NCBI GenBank assembly: GCA_965372715.1
Contig: CBDVDH010000004.1
Coordinates: forward strand, 1-64,000
DNA from: an uncultured bacterium
Lineage (GTDB): Bacteria > B130-G9
Direction of reading: 5' to 3'
Length of the DNA: 64,000 nt
Below are positions 37,119 to 46,529 of this stretch, in pieces; the first letter of the stretch is position 1, and every line of letters begins with the position of its first letter. The notes under the pieces are model-generated. The model was not told the DNA's origin and ran no database searches. It was given only the letters and a program-made list of their open reading frames with translations. A program made the position numbers and the translations under genes.

Positions 37119-39839
37119 GTGAGATACTGGGTTGGCATTGCGCTTTTCGTCCTTGCGTTCTTCACGTATTTGAAGACCCTGTGCCCAACCATTTATGTCG
37201 GCGATAGCGGCGAACTCATCACGGCCGCGAGCTGCCTCGGGATACCGCACCCGCCCGGCTACCCGATCTTTGTCCTTCTGATCGAGCTTGCCTGCACCGT
37301 CTTTCCATTCGGGTCGCTTGCCGCAAGATGCGGGCTTGTCTCAGTGCTGTCCGGAGCGGCCGCGGTCTTCGTTCTCTACAGGATATGCCTGTGTGTCTCG
37401 ACCGCCAAACCCACAAACAGGCCCGCAAGCCCATTTGCAGCCCTGGGCGCCGCCATCGCCGCGGTGGCGTTCACGTTCTCGCTCACGTTCTGGTCCCAGA
37501 CGACGATTGCTGAGGTCTATGCTCTGACGCTTCTTTTTGTCCTCCTGACGCTCTATCTCGTATTGCGATGGGAACGAGAGCCCGAGGGGCAAAGGGATCA
37601 CAGGTTCCTTCTTCTGGCAGCGTTTGTCGGCGGCCTGGGACTGTCGAGCCATCACACCGTGGCGCTCCTTCTCGCCGCGCTGGCTGTTTATGTGATATAC
37701 AGATCGCCGCGACTGCTGCTGAATGGCCGTGTTGTCTTCCCCGCGATTGCGCTCGGCATTCTTGGCGTATTGGTTCACCTCTACCTGACGTTTCGCGCCT
37801 CGACCAACCCGGCGCTCAACTGGGGCGCGCCCGACACATTTGCGAGCTTCGTAACCCACATACTGCGCCGCGAATACGGCAGCTCGAGTCATACGGCCAG
37901 GTCGCTCGCTCTTTTCTCTAGGCAGCTTTGGTTCTATATCTCCGCGCTCGTCAGACAATTCACCCCGCTCGGCTTCCTCTTGTCTGCGATAGGCGTTGTG
38001 GTCGGTATTCGCCGGCGCAACAGGGCGCTGCTCCTGCTTTTCGTGACCTTTCTCCTTTGCAGTCTTTTCTTCATTCTATATACGAATTTCAGGCTCATTC
38101 CGCGCGACACGTATCTAGTGGAGGTCTTCTTCATCCCATCGTTCGCGGTCGCCGCTATCCTCATGTCCCTTGGCGCCTCGTCTGTCCTTCGGAACGTTTA
38201 CCGGCTGGTCAGCAAGCCGAAAACACTTGCCGTCCTGGCCAGCGCCTTTGGCCTTCTGGTCTGCGCCATGCCGCTTCTTGCCAACTATTTCTACAGCGAT
38301 AAGAGCCGTCATTTCCTCACTTACGACTATGGGGTCAACATCCTCAAGTCAATGCCGAGCGACGACTCCGTCGTTTTTGTCGATCGTGATATGGAGGTTT
38401 TCACGCTGCTTTTCTTGAAGGATGTCGAGGGGATTTGCCCCGACGTCGAGATAATCGATCGCTCCGGCATCTTGAGGCGCGATTTCTACGTCAAGGACAT
38501 GCGGCTGATGTCCGAAAAGCAGCGCCAGGTCGCTCAGTTGCAAGCGGAGCATCGGCTGTTTGGGGAGGAGACGAGGCCTATATGCTATGTGCCCGGCGTC
38601 GATCTGGGCGGCGTCAAGGAGTTCAGGCTGAAGCCCATCGGTGTTGCGACGGTGCTCGTTCCGGCGGAGCAGGCGGACGAATTCACCGACAGCGAGCGGG
38701 AAGTCTCTAGAAAGCTCGTCAACAGGAGCCTCGAGGACCCCGGCCTCTTCAAGGACTACACCAGCCGGTGCGTGGCGATGGTCTGGGAGCTCCAGCTTGG
38801 CGATTCCTACTATTGGCAGGGCGATCGTGAGGAGGGAAAGAGGCTCTGGCGGGCTTCCAGTAGAACGGCTGGAGACATTATGATCCTGCACAACATGCTG
38901 GCTGAAAAGGCGACGACGATTGGGCAGACTGCGCTGGCGATTGAGGAGTATGCGAAGATCGCAGAGCTCAAACCCGACGATCACCTCGTCCAAATGAACT
39001 TAGGCACGCTGCTGGAGCGTGAGGGCCAAACTTCCGAGGCGCTCGACGCCTTCGAGAAAGCGCACCTTATCAAACCGAACTTCCTGCCCGCACTCAAGGC
39101 AGCTATCAACATCCACGTCAAACGGCGTCAATTCGAGCAGGCAATTGGCCCTGCGGTGAAGATATGCAGGCTTGCTCCTCGTGACCCGGACGCGCAGCGC
39201 AACCTCGGCTTGGTCTATGAGGGGGCTGGAAGATTTCAGGAGGCTCTCGGCGCGTATGAGCGAGCGGTAGCGCTGAAGCCCACATTCGCACTTGCCTATG
39301 CGGATATCGCGATTCTTAACGAGAAGATAGGCAACGCGGAAAAGGCGGAGGAGGCTATGCAGCGTGCGCTTGCGCTCGACCCCAACCTCGCCACTTCCGA
39401 TGAGCGGCTGCAAGGAAGCAATCTGGCTGGCCCCTTGATTGAAGAGATCAAAACCTCGCAGGTCGAGGCTTTTGCCGGCCTGTCGAGCGAGGAACTGAGG
39501 GGTAGAATCCAGGCCCTCGTTGCCGCCAAGCACTTCCCACGTGCAATCGAGGCGTACAAACGGCTTGTCCAGCTCGAGCCGAACAACTCGAAGGCGCTGG
39601 TGGATATGGGTATTCTGCTCGATCAGACGGGCAAGTTGGAGCAGGCGGAGGCGGCGTTCAAGAAGGCCCTATCGATCGATCCCAACTCTGCTGAGGCGCA
39701 CAATGCGCTTGGCGTCGTCTATGCCAAGCGCAAGGACTACGTGAACGCTCGCGCACAGTGGGAGGCGGCGCTTGCGCTCAAGCCCGACTCGGCAGGGACG
39801 CTAAGCAACCTCAAGCAGCTCGAGCAGCTTGGGTATTGA
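37119..39839 (+). CDS. DUF2723 (TMEM260-like GT-C) membrane protein with C-terminal TPRs
   Basis: PTIYVGDSGELITAA..LGIPHPPGYP, WSQ..IAEVYAL, HHT, LNWG.P, multiple TPR repeats. Confidence 0.9.
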   Translation: MRYWVGIALFVLAFFTYLKTLCPTIYVGDSGELITAASCLGIPHPPGYPIFVLLIELACTVFPFGSLAARCGLVSVLSGAAAVFVLYRICLCVSTAKPTNRPASPFAALGAAIAAVAFTFSLTFWSQTTIAEVYALTLLFVLLTLYLVLRWEREPEGQRDHRFLLLAAFVGGLGLSSHHTVALLLAALAVYVIYRSPRLLLNGRVVFPAIALGILGVLVHLYLTFRASTNPALNWGAPDTFASFVTHILRREYGSSSHTARSLALFSRQLWFYISALVRQFTPLGFLLSAIGVVVGIRRRNRALLLLFVTFLLCSLFFILYTNFRLIPRDTYLVEVFFIPSFAVAAILMSLGASSVLRNVYRLVSKPKTLAVLASAFGLLVCAMPLLANYFYSDKSRHFLTYDYGVNILKSMPSDDSVVFVDRDMEVFTLLFLKDVEGICPDVEIIDRSGILRRDFYVKDMRLMSEKQRQVAQLQAEHRLFGEETRPICYVPGVDLGGVKEFRLKPIGVATVLVPAEQADEFTDSEREVSRKLVNRSLEDPGLFKDYTSRCVAMVWELQLGDSYYWQGDREEGKRLWRASSRTAGDIMILHNMLAEKATTIGQTALAIEEYAKIAELKPDDHLVQMNLGTLLEREGQTSEALDAFEKAHLIKPNFLPALKAAINIHVKRRQFEQAIGPAVKICRLAPRDPDAQRNLGLVYEGAGRFQEALGAYERAVALKPTFALAYADIAILNEKIGNAEKAEEAMQRALALDPNLATSDERLQGSNLAGPLIEEIKTSQVEAFAGLSSEELRGRIQALVAAKHFPRAIEAYKRLVQLEPNNSKALVDMGILLDQTGKLEQAEAAFKKALSIDPNSAEAHNALGVVYAKRKDYVNARAQWEAALALKPDSAGTLSNLKQLEQLGY

Positions 39840-39860
39840 GAATGGACATGCCAATCAGTT

Positions 39861-39937
39861 GTAGGGGCGGCTCACGAGCCGCCCTCCTTTGATCTAGCGG
39901 GTTGGGGGGTCAAGGGCGGCTCGTGAGCCGCCCCTAC
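39861..39937. repeat. perfect inverted REP doublet between convergent genes
   Basis: gtaggggcggctcacgagccgccc ... gggcggctcgtgagccgcccctac. Confidence 0.85.
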
Positions 39938-40036
39938 AGAACACATCTTCCGTTGCGCGGCGGCGATCCGTCGATTCGGCCAAGGAGGCGACCCCAATTC
40001 AAGGAATCGCCCAGGGTGGCGGAGTCGCGAATGAAT

Positions 40037-40471
40037 CTACTCAATGAACAGGTTGATGCGGGTCTTGCCCTTCTCGTCGTCAACCTCGATTATGTTCTCA
40101 TCGTCGAGCTCGTCGAGGTTGGCCAGCACCGCGTCAAGGTCGAGGTCGAGTCCCTCAATCTTAGCCTTGCCTGTCTTCGACAAAAACCTGCCGCCGAGCT
40201 TGGCCAAAGAAAGCGGAAGCTTGATGTTCACCTTCGGCTTTTCCTTGTCGCCCTCAAAGACCTGTATCCGCAGCTTCTTGCCCTTGAGCGATTTCTTGTC
40301 CTTGACCTTGACGGCTCCGGCGGAACTTGTGCTGCTCGTTGAGAAAACCATCCCGCTCCCAACCGACTTCAGCAGCCCCATCGCGTCATCCGCCGAAATC
40401 TTGCCGTCCTCGACCATTTTCAGGATGCGCATGCGCTCTTCGTGGATGGAATCTTGATTCTCAATAGTCAT
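40037..40471 (-). CDS. small protein with SHOCT-like (YvlB/LiaX-type) N-terminus
   Basis: EERMRILKMVEDGKISADDA, KVNIKLPL; start reassigned to 40471 because the longer ORF runs through a REP. Confidence 0.75.
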   Translation of the reverse strand: MTIENQDSIHEERMRILKMVEDGKISADDAMGLLKSVGSGMVFSTSSTSSAGAVKVKDKKSLKGKKLRIQVFEGDKEKPKVNIKLPLSLAKLGGRFLSKTGKAKIEGLDLDLDAVLANLDELDDENIIEVDDEKGKTRINLFIE

Positions 40472-40514
40472 CTTTTTCTCCTGTTCTTGCGTTTCTGTTG
40501 ACTTCTGACTTGGC

Positions 40515-40542
40515 GGGCGTGGTCTCCAGACCGCGCCCCTAC
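40515..40542 (-). repeat. REP-like palindrome
   Basis: gggcgtggtctccagaccgcgcccctac. Confidence 0.75.
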
Positions 40543-40571
40543 AAGGCATCTAATTCGCGTCGGGACCGCCT

Positions 40572-42026
40572 CTACTCCTCCAGTAAGATCTTCTTGACGA
40601 TGCGATTGACGATTTGCGGATCGGCCTGCCCCTTGGTGCGCTTCATCACTTGCCCGACGAAGAAGCCCAGCACGTTGAGTTTGCCCTGCTTGAGCTTCTC
40701 GATGAGATCGGGACTTGAATCAGCGACCTCGTGGATGATGTTAGCGATCACATTCTCGTCGGAAACGGTTGACAGATTCTGCTCGGCAACGATTGCCTCG
40801 GGGCCTTTCCCGGTCTGGACGACCTGTTCGAAGACATCCTTCGCTATCTTGCCGCTGATCTTGCGGTCTTTGACCAGAGCGAGAAGCTCTGCCAGATGTT
40901 CGGGCGTTACTGGGCACTCGTCGATGTTGATGTTGCGCTCTTTGACGACCCGCAGAACCGACCCCATGACCCAATTGCTGACCGCCTTCCCGTCGGCGTG
41001 AAGTGAGGCGCATTTCTCGAAGTAGTCCGCGACCTCCTGCGTGGCTGTGAGGACCGACGCGTCGTATTCGGGGATGCCGTATTGCTCGACAAGCCGCTTG
41101 CGCCTCGCGTCCGGAAGCTCGGGCAGCGTCTCTCTGATCTCTGCTACCCAGTCATCGGTCGCATCCAGGAAGACCAGGTCCGGTTCGGGGAAATACCTGT
41201 AGTCGTGCGAGTGCTCCTTGCTTCGCATCAGAAAGGTCTTGCCCGAGGCCGGATTGAACCCGTAGGTCGCCTGCTCGACCACTCCACCGGCGTCGATGAC
41301 TGCTTGCTGCCTGCTCATCTCGTATTCGAGCGCGCGCTTGGCGAACCGGAACGAGTTGAGGTTCTTGATCTCGCACTTGGTGCCGATGCTGCCGTCCTCG
41401 TTACGAAGGGAGATGTTCGCATCGCAGCGAAGGCTGCCCTCCTCCATGTTGCAGTCGCTCACGCCACAGTATTGCATGATCGTTTTCAGCTTCAGAAGGT
41501 ATTGCCGGGCCTCTTCGGGGTTTTCGAGGTCAGGCTCAGTTACGATCTCGATGAGCGGAACTCCGCAGCGGTTGAAGTCGATGAGGCTCGTGCCCTCAAG
41601 GTTCTGCTCCTCGTTGTGGAGCGATTTGCCCGAATCTTCCTCGAGATGCAGCCGGTTTATTCGGATGCGCTTCCGCACCGTTTCCCCGGAGTCATCCTCT
41701 ACGTTGATGTTGATGTGGCCGTTTGTCGCGAGCGGCAGCGAAAACTGCGTTATCTGAAACCCCTTCGTGAGGTCGGGATAGAAGTAGTTCTTGCGTGCGA
41801 ACTGGCTTCTCGATCTTATGTCGCAGTTGAGGGCGAGCGCCGCTTTGATAGCGAGGTCCACCGCCTTCCTGTTGAGAACCGGCAGCACACCGGGGAGACC
41901 GAGGCACACCGGGCAGGTGTTGGAGTTTGGCTTCGCGCCGAACTGGGTGCTGCACGAGCAGAATATCTTGCTCTTGGTGAGCAGCTGAACGTGGACCTCG
42001 ATACCAATGACAGGTCTTGGTTTCAT
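40572..42026 (-). CDS. gatB: Asp/Glu-tRNA amidotransferase subunit B
   Basis: IGIEVHVQL, CPVCLGLPG, RKNYFYPDL, HLEED, EGSLRCDAN, DYRYFPEPDL, GQVMKRTKG. Confidence 0.98.
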   Translation of the reverse strand: MKPRPVIGIEVHVQLLTKSKIFCSCSTQFGAKPNSNTCPVCLGLPGVLPVLNRKAVDLAIKAALALNCDIRSRSQFARKNYFYPDLTKGFQITQFSLPLATNGHININVEDDSGETVRKRIRINRLHLEEDSGKSLHNEEQNLEGTSLIDFNRCGVPLIEIVTEPDLENPEEARQYLLKLKTIMQYCGVSDCNMEEGSLRCDANISLRNEDGSIGTKCEIKNLNSFRFAKRALEYEMSRQQAVIDAGGVVEQATYGFNPASGKTFLMRSKEHSHDYRYFPEPDLVFLDATDDWVAEIRETLPELPDARRKRLVEQYGIPEYDASVLTATQEVADYFEKCASLHADGKAVSNWVMGSVLRVVKERNINIDECPVTPEHLAELLALVKDRKISGKIAKDVFEQVVQTGKGPEAIVAEQNLSTVSDENVIANIIHEVADSSPDLIEKLKQGKLNVLGFFVGQVMKRTKGQADPQIVNRIVKKILLEE

Positions 42027-42213
42027 GACATTGGATTCTAAGGTTCCAGGCGGATAGTTCAAGGCCTATGGCCGGAGCTTCGTCGAAATACGAATCCGCG
42101 GTTCGATGGGGCGACATTGATTAGCAATTGACAGGTGATGGGGCTGGCAATACGCTTCCGTTCGGCTGCAATTGGCCGCCTCTACTGTGAACTGACCCCG
42201 CTTGGGAGGCAAT

Positions 42214-44028
42214 ATGGCTCTGAATTTCGCGGTGCTTAGAAAGAAGCTGATGGGCCTGAGCGTGATCGTCGTCGCTTTCTGCGTGTTGTGGATTACAGGC
42301 ATCGGCGCGGGTCTTTGGCATCTGAAGGACGCCGTTGATCCTATCCCGCTTTTCTTTGGCGTCCTCGGTGGATTGGGGCTTTTCATATTCGGCATTCAGA
42401 TCATGTCGGATTCGCTCCAAAAGGCGGCAGGAAGCCGGCTTCGCCGGATTCTCGACCTTTTGACAGGGGGACCGATAAGGGGAGTCATGGTCGGGGCCGG
42501 CGTAACGGCGCTCATCCAGAGCAGCAGCGCGACGACGGTGATGGTGGTTGGCTTCGTGAACGCTGGGCTTCTGACGCTGGTTCAGGCAATTGGGGTCATA
42601 CTTGGGGCTCACATCGGGACCACAATCACGGCCCAGCTTGTGGCGTTCAACATCAGCAAGTATGCGCTGCCCGCGATCGCGGTTGGTATGGCGATTACGA
42701 TGGGCTCGAAGCAGCGCGAGCGTATGAGGCTTTGGGGCCAAGTTATTCTCGGGTTTGGGATGCTTTTCTATGGTCTGGTGACCATGGTGACGTCGCTGAA
42801 GCCGCTCCAGGGCAGCGATCAATTCAAGGAGTTCTTCCTTCAGTTTGGCGCCAACCCGCTGCTGGGTATTCTGGCGGGGATAATGCTGACCGCGGTGGTC
42901 CAGTCGAGCAGCGCAACGGTGGGGCTCGTGATTGCACTTGGGACGAGCGGGCTCATCGATTTCAGGACGGCCTTGCCGCTCATGCTGGGCGATAACATCG
43001 GCACCACGGTCACGGCGCTGTTGTCGTCGATCGGGACGAGTCGAGAGGCCAGGAGAGCTGCCCTTGCGCACTGCTTATCTAACATCATAGGTGTTGCGTG
43101 GGTTTTTGTAGCTCTGTCGCATTTTGGGAAGCTTGTGGACCTCGTTACACCGGGCAACGCCAACTCGCCGGCCGCTATTGCCCGGCACATCGCCAACGCG
43201 CACACGATGTTCAACGTCTTCAACACGGTAGTGCAGCTCCCGTTCATCAAGTGCCTCGCTCGGCTCGTCACCTGGGCGATACCCGATAGGGCGCCAGCCC
43301 CTAGCAGGACCAAGGTGGGTGCTCTGTTGCAGGCGCAGTTCCTCAATTCGCCGCCGGTGGCAATACAACAGGTCAAGAAGGCCATATTGCACATGTTCGA
43401 CCGGGCGTATGGGATGCTGACTCTTGCCAGAGAAATGGTGGCTGAGGAGGACACCGGCCCGAGTTCCGAGATCTACAAGCTGGAAGATGAACTGGACGGC
43501 CATCAGGCCGAGATCACGGAATACATCAGCCTGGTCATGCACAAGGGCGTTTCGGCGAGGGACAGCGAGACGCTGACGCACCTATTGCACGCGGTCAACG
43601 ACGTTGAGAACATCGGGGACTCGCTGGAGAGCACGTCGAAGCTACTTGAGCGGCTAGAAAAGCTCGGCCAGAGCTTCTCTGCCCCAGCAAAGCAGGATAT
43701 CCTGGAGATGTCGGATATGGTCTTGAGTATGGCCGAGCGCTCGCTGCGCGCATTGAAGGAGGAGAACAAAGGTCTGGCCGAGGCGGCACTTGAGGAAGAG
43801 GCCAAGATCGACGAGTTGAAGCGGACGCTGCGCAAGCGAAACAGGGACAGATATGTTGCCTTCAAGCGCGGCGAAAGCCAAACTGAGGAGAGACTTTGGG
43901 GCCAAGTTATATCGAATGATATAATCTCCAACATGGAGAAGATCGCGGATAATGCTGTGAATGTATTGGAGGCGTTCGAGCTGGCGACAGATTATCCTGG
44001 GTCGGCTCTTGGGCAGGGAGGAGCATGA
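42214..44028 (+). CDS. Na+/Pi cotransporter family protein with PhoU-like C-terminal region
   Basis: Two QSSSAT motifs, GAHIGTT and GDNIGTT, IANAHTMFN, helical C-terminus with E.IGD/EKIAD. Confidence 0.93.
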   Translation: MALNFAVLRKKLMGLSVIVVAFCVLWITGIGAGLWHLKDAVDPIPLFFGVLGGLGLFIFGIQIMSDSLQKAAGSRLRRILDLLTGGPIRGVMVGAGVTALIQSSSATTVMVVGFVNAGLLTLVQAIGVILGAHIGTTITAQLVAFNISKYALPAIAVGMAITMGSKQRERMRLWGQVILGFGMLFYGLVTMVTSLKPLQGSDQFKEFFLQFGANPLLGILAGIMLTAVVQSSSATVGLVIALGTSGLIDFRTALPLMLGDNIGTTVTALLSSIGTSREARRAALAHCLSNIIGVAWVFVALSHFGKLVDLVTPGNANSPAAIARHIANAHTMFNVFNTVVQLPFIKCLARLVTWAIPDRAPAPSRTKVGALLQAQFLNSPPVAIQQVKKAILHMFDRAYGMLTLAREMVAEEDTGPSSEIYKLEDELDGHQAEITEYISLVMHKGVSARDSETLTHLLHAVNDVENIGDSLESTSKLLERLEKLGQSFSAPAKQDILEMSDMVLSMAERSLRALKEENKGLAEAALEEEAKIDELKRTLRKRNRDRYVAFKRGESQTEERLWGQVISNDIISNMEKIADNAVNVLEAFELATDYPGSALGQGGA

Positions 44029-44357
44029 GATTATCACAATTCACGAGGATTGCGGCTTGCTGCCTGGTCGTCGCCGCTTTCGGCTGCGGCGGGGAGCATG
44101 GGATGTATGAGGGCTCGCAGATCAGCGCAACGATCATGCTCTCTGCCTTCTATGTTTTCTCGTTTGTTTGTACTGTTGGGTCATTGCTGAAGCGTTGGGG
44201 CATGGCGCCGCTCCTGGCCGGCGTGTTCGTCCTAGTCTGTTGCACGATAACGCTCTGCATGACGCCATACTTGTGGCTTGGGGCTGCTCTTTTGATAGTG
44301 GGCCTGATCGTGGGCTATCTAGCGTTTCGACGATTGCGGCGGCAGGGCGGCTCGTGA
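44025..44357 (+). CDS. small membrane protein, possible lipoprotein
   Basis: ATGA overlap with the upstream stop, lipobox-like AFGC, three hydrophobic segments. Confidence 0.6.
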   Translation: MRLSQFTRIAACCLVVAAFGCGGEHGMYEGSQISATIMLSAFYVFSFVCTVGSLLKRWGMAPLLAGVFVLVCCTITLCMTPYLWLGAALLIVGLIVGYLAFRRLRRQGGS

Positions 44358-44399
44358 GCCGCTCCTACAAAGCCCAGCGCCGACTTGCGGGACAGCCTC
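44345..44399. repeat. REP plus MITE right-end remnant
   Basis: gggcggctcgtgagccgctcctac followed by cgacttgcgggacagcctc. Confidence 0.7.
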
Positions 44400-44496
44400 A
44401 ATAAGCAAGGGTCTGTCCACAGGGGACGCGAATGGCCGCATTTCCCTGACCTATTCACGTGCTGGTTGACATATAGACGCTGGGGGTGGTTTTCTC

Positions 44497-45372
44497 TTGC
44501 GATTGATTGATTCGGGGACTTGCTCCGCCGCTTTCAACATGGCAGTTGACGAGTCGCTTTTCTCGAGTTTCGATTCGTCCAGAGACGATCCGGTGCTCAG
44601 GCTTTACTGTTGGGAGAGGCCGTGCGTTTCTTTGGGCTATTTCCAAAGAGCCAACGACGCGGTAAGGAAGGCCTCCTGTGAAGAACACGGCGTCGATGTT
44701 GTTCGGCGGATAACTGGCGGCCGGGCGGTTCTACATGACCAGGAGGTTACGTATTGTGTGGTTGCGCCGGTGAAGGCGGGTCCTTTTGGGGGGCGGTTGC
44801 TTGAATGTTATCGGGCCATCGCGGCGTGCCTTTCGGCGGGTTGCGAGTTGCTGGGGGTTCCCGGCGATGAGATCGAGGTTGTGACCGGTCAGGACCTTCG
44901 AGCCGGAAGCGCGTCGTCGGCTTGCTTCATGACGGCCTCGGCGTATGAGATACTCGTCGGGGGCCGGAAGCTAATAGGCAGCGCTCAGAAACGGGGAGAT
45001 GAGGTTCTCGTGCAGCACGGTTCCATCCCGCTGCGTGTTGACATCCCGTTGACGTTGAGTGTAATGCGCGTGGATGAGGGGTCGGGTTCAGCCGACGTAG
45101 CCGCCGCCGCAGCTAGTGCTTTGGCGGACAAGCAGGCTACTATGGCGAAGTCAGCCACGACCAGCGGTGAGGCCCTGCGGCCAGCCTGCCTCGAGGAGGT
45201 AGTGGGCAGGGGCCTGACCTTCGACGAGGTCAAGAGCGCAATAGGAGAGGGCTTCGCCAAGAGCCTTGGAAGGACACTTGAACGGTCGAATCTGACAGAA
45301 GGCGAGCGTGCGCTTGCCGATACGCTTTCGCGAGAGAAGTATGGAAGTGATTCTTGGAATTTCCGTAGGTAG
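44497..45372 (+). CDS. lipoate-protein ligase A / LipM-like octanoyltransferase
   Basis: FNMAVDE, LRLY.W, SLGYFQ, RRITGGRAVLHD, CF, KLIGSAQ, QHGSI. Confidence 0.92.
   Translation: MRLIDSGTCSAAFNMAVDESLFSSFDSSRDDPVLRLYCWERPCVSLGYFQRANDAVRKASCEEHGVDVVRRITGGRAVLHDQEVTYCVVAPVKAGPFGGRLLECYRAIAACLSAGCELLGVPGDEIEVVTGQDLRAGSASSACFMTASAYEILVGGRKLIGSAQKRGDEVLVQHGSIPLRVDIPLTLSVMRVDEGSGSADVAAAAASALADKQATMAKSATTSGEALRPACLEEVVGRGLTFDEVKSAIGEGFAKSLGRTLERSNLTEGERALADTLSREKYGSDSWNFRR
45085..45156. repeat. in-frame nested palindromic insertion
   Basis: Outer arms match the intergenic copy at 45397..45438; the inner part resembles the 30925 element. Confidence 0.75.
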
Positions 45373-45465
45373 GGTCTGGCACACTGTTGGCTCGCCGGTT
45401 CAGCCGACGTAGCCAGGGATACTATGGTGAAGTCGGCCGGATATTAGTTTGGAGGTTTTATTCAG

Positions 45466-46218
45466 TTGAGGGCAAACGGTAGGAAGAATGACGAGATTCG
45501 CCCAGTCGTAATTGATCGGGGCTATGCGAAGTTCGCCGAAGGCTCGGCGCTCATCACGCTGGGTGACACAAAGGTATTGTGCACGGCTACTGTCAAGGAC
45601 GACGTGCCGCAGTGGCTGCGAGGTTCGGGGCAGGGATGGATAACCGGCGAGTATGGCATGCTGCCTCGTTCGTCGCCCAATAGGATACCCAGGGAGGCAA
45701 ATCGGGGGAGGATTTCTGGCCGGACGCACGAGATACAGCGGCTGATCGGTCGGTCTTTGCGAGCGGTCGTCGATCTGTCGTTGATCAAGGATCGGACGGT
45801 CTGGATGGATTGCGACGTGATCCAGGCGGACGGCGGGACCAGAACAGCGTCTGTAACAGGCTGTTTTGTGGCGTTGTGCGACGCGCTGACTTGGCTTGCT
45901 GGCAGGGAGCAGGGCTTGCCGTGCTTGAGCGGCTTCGTGGCAGCGACGAGCGTCGGAGTCGTCTCGGATGAGTTCCTCTTGGACCTAGACTACTCCGAAG
46001 ATTCGAAAGCGGCGGTCGATATGAACGTAGTCATGACCGATACAGGTCAGTTTGTCGAGATTCAAGGCACCGCCGAGTCGCAACCTTTTGAAAAGGAGTC
46101 CCTTGATGAGCTTCTCGCGCTTGCGAGGCGCGGGATATCCCGCCTTGTGGAGATTCAGCGAGAGGTACTTGGCGACGTAGGTCACCTTATGGTTGGCGGT
46201 GCAGGGCGGGCTTTCTAG
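45466..46218 (+). CDS. rph: ribonuclease PH
   Basis: AEGS, GEYGMLPR, GRTHEIQRLIGRSLRA, DVIQADGGTRTAS, DLDYSEDS, EIQGTAE. Confidence 0.97.
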   Translation: MRANGRKNDEIRPVVIDRGYAKFAEGSALITLGDTKVLCTATVKDDVPQWLRGSGQGWITGEYGMLPRSSPNRIPREANRGRISGRTHEIQRLIGRSLRAVVDLSLIKDRTVWMDCDVIQADGGTRTASVTGCFVALCDALTWLAGREQGLPCLSGFVAATSVGVVSDEFLLDLDYSEDSKAAVDMNVVMTDTGQFVEIQGTAESQPFEKESLDELLALARRGISRLVEIQREVLGDVGHLMVGGAGRAF

Positions 46219-46254
46219 CCTGCCATTTATATGATGCTAGAAAGGAGTTTCATC

Positions 46255-46497
46255 ATGGCAAGAGTATGTGATATATGCGGTAAAAGGCCGATGTTCGGGC
46301 ACAAAATAAGCCACGCTCACAACGTGAGCAATCGCCGCTGGATACCCAACTTGCAGACCGTTCGCGCGAACGTCAATGGGAAGGTCAAACGAGTAACGGT
46401 CTGCACTAGTTGTCTTAAGGCCGGCAAGGTGGACAAGTATCAAAAAGCGCAGGTCGCAAAGGAGTTAAGTCCCGCTGTTGCGGAGACGAAGAGCTAG
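46255..46497 (+). CDS. rpmB: 50S ribosomal protein L28 (Cys-containing type)
   Basis: [32 protein letters not shown] aaggag. Confidence 0.97.
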   Translation: MARVCDICGKRPMFGHKISHAHNVSNRRWIPNLQTVRANVNGKVKRVTVCTSCLKAGKVDKYQKAQVAKELSPAVAETKS

Positions 46498-46529
46498 ACG
46501 CCTTATCGGCTCTAATTCGTGGTGACCCA

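Noticed and set aside
41082-43071. Long antisense ORFs (319 aa and 316 aa) and many similar ones
   Set aside because: Shadow frames opposite well-supported genes in GC-rich DNA
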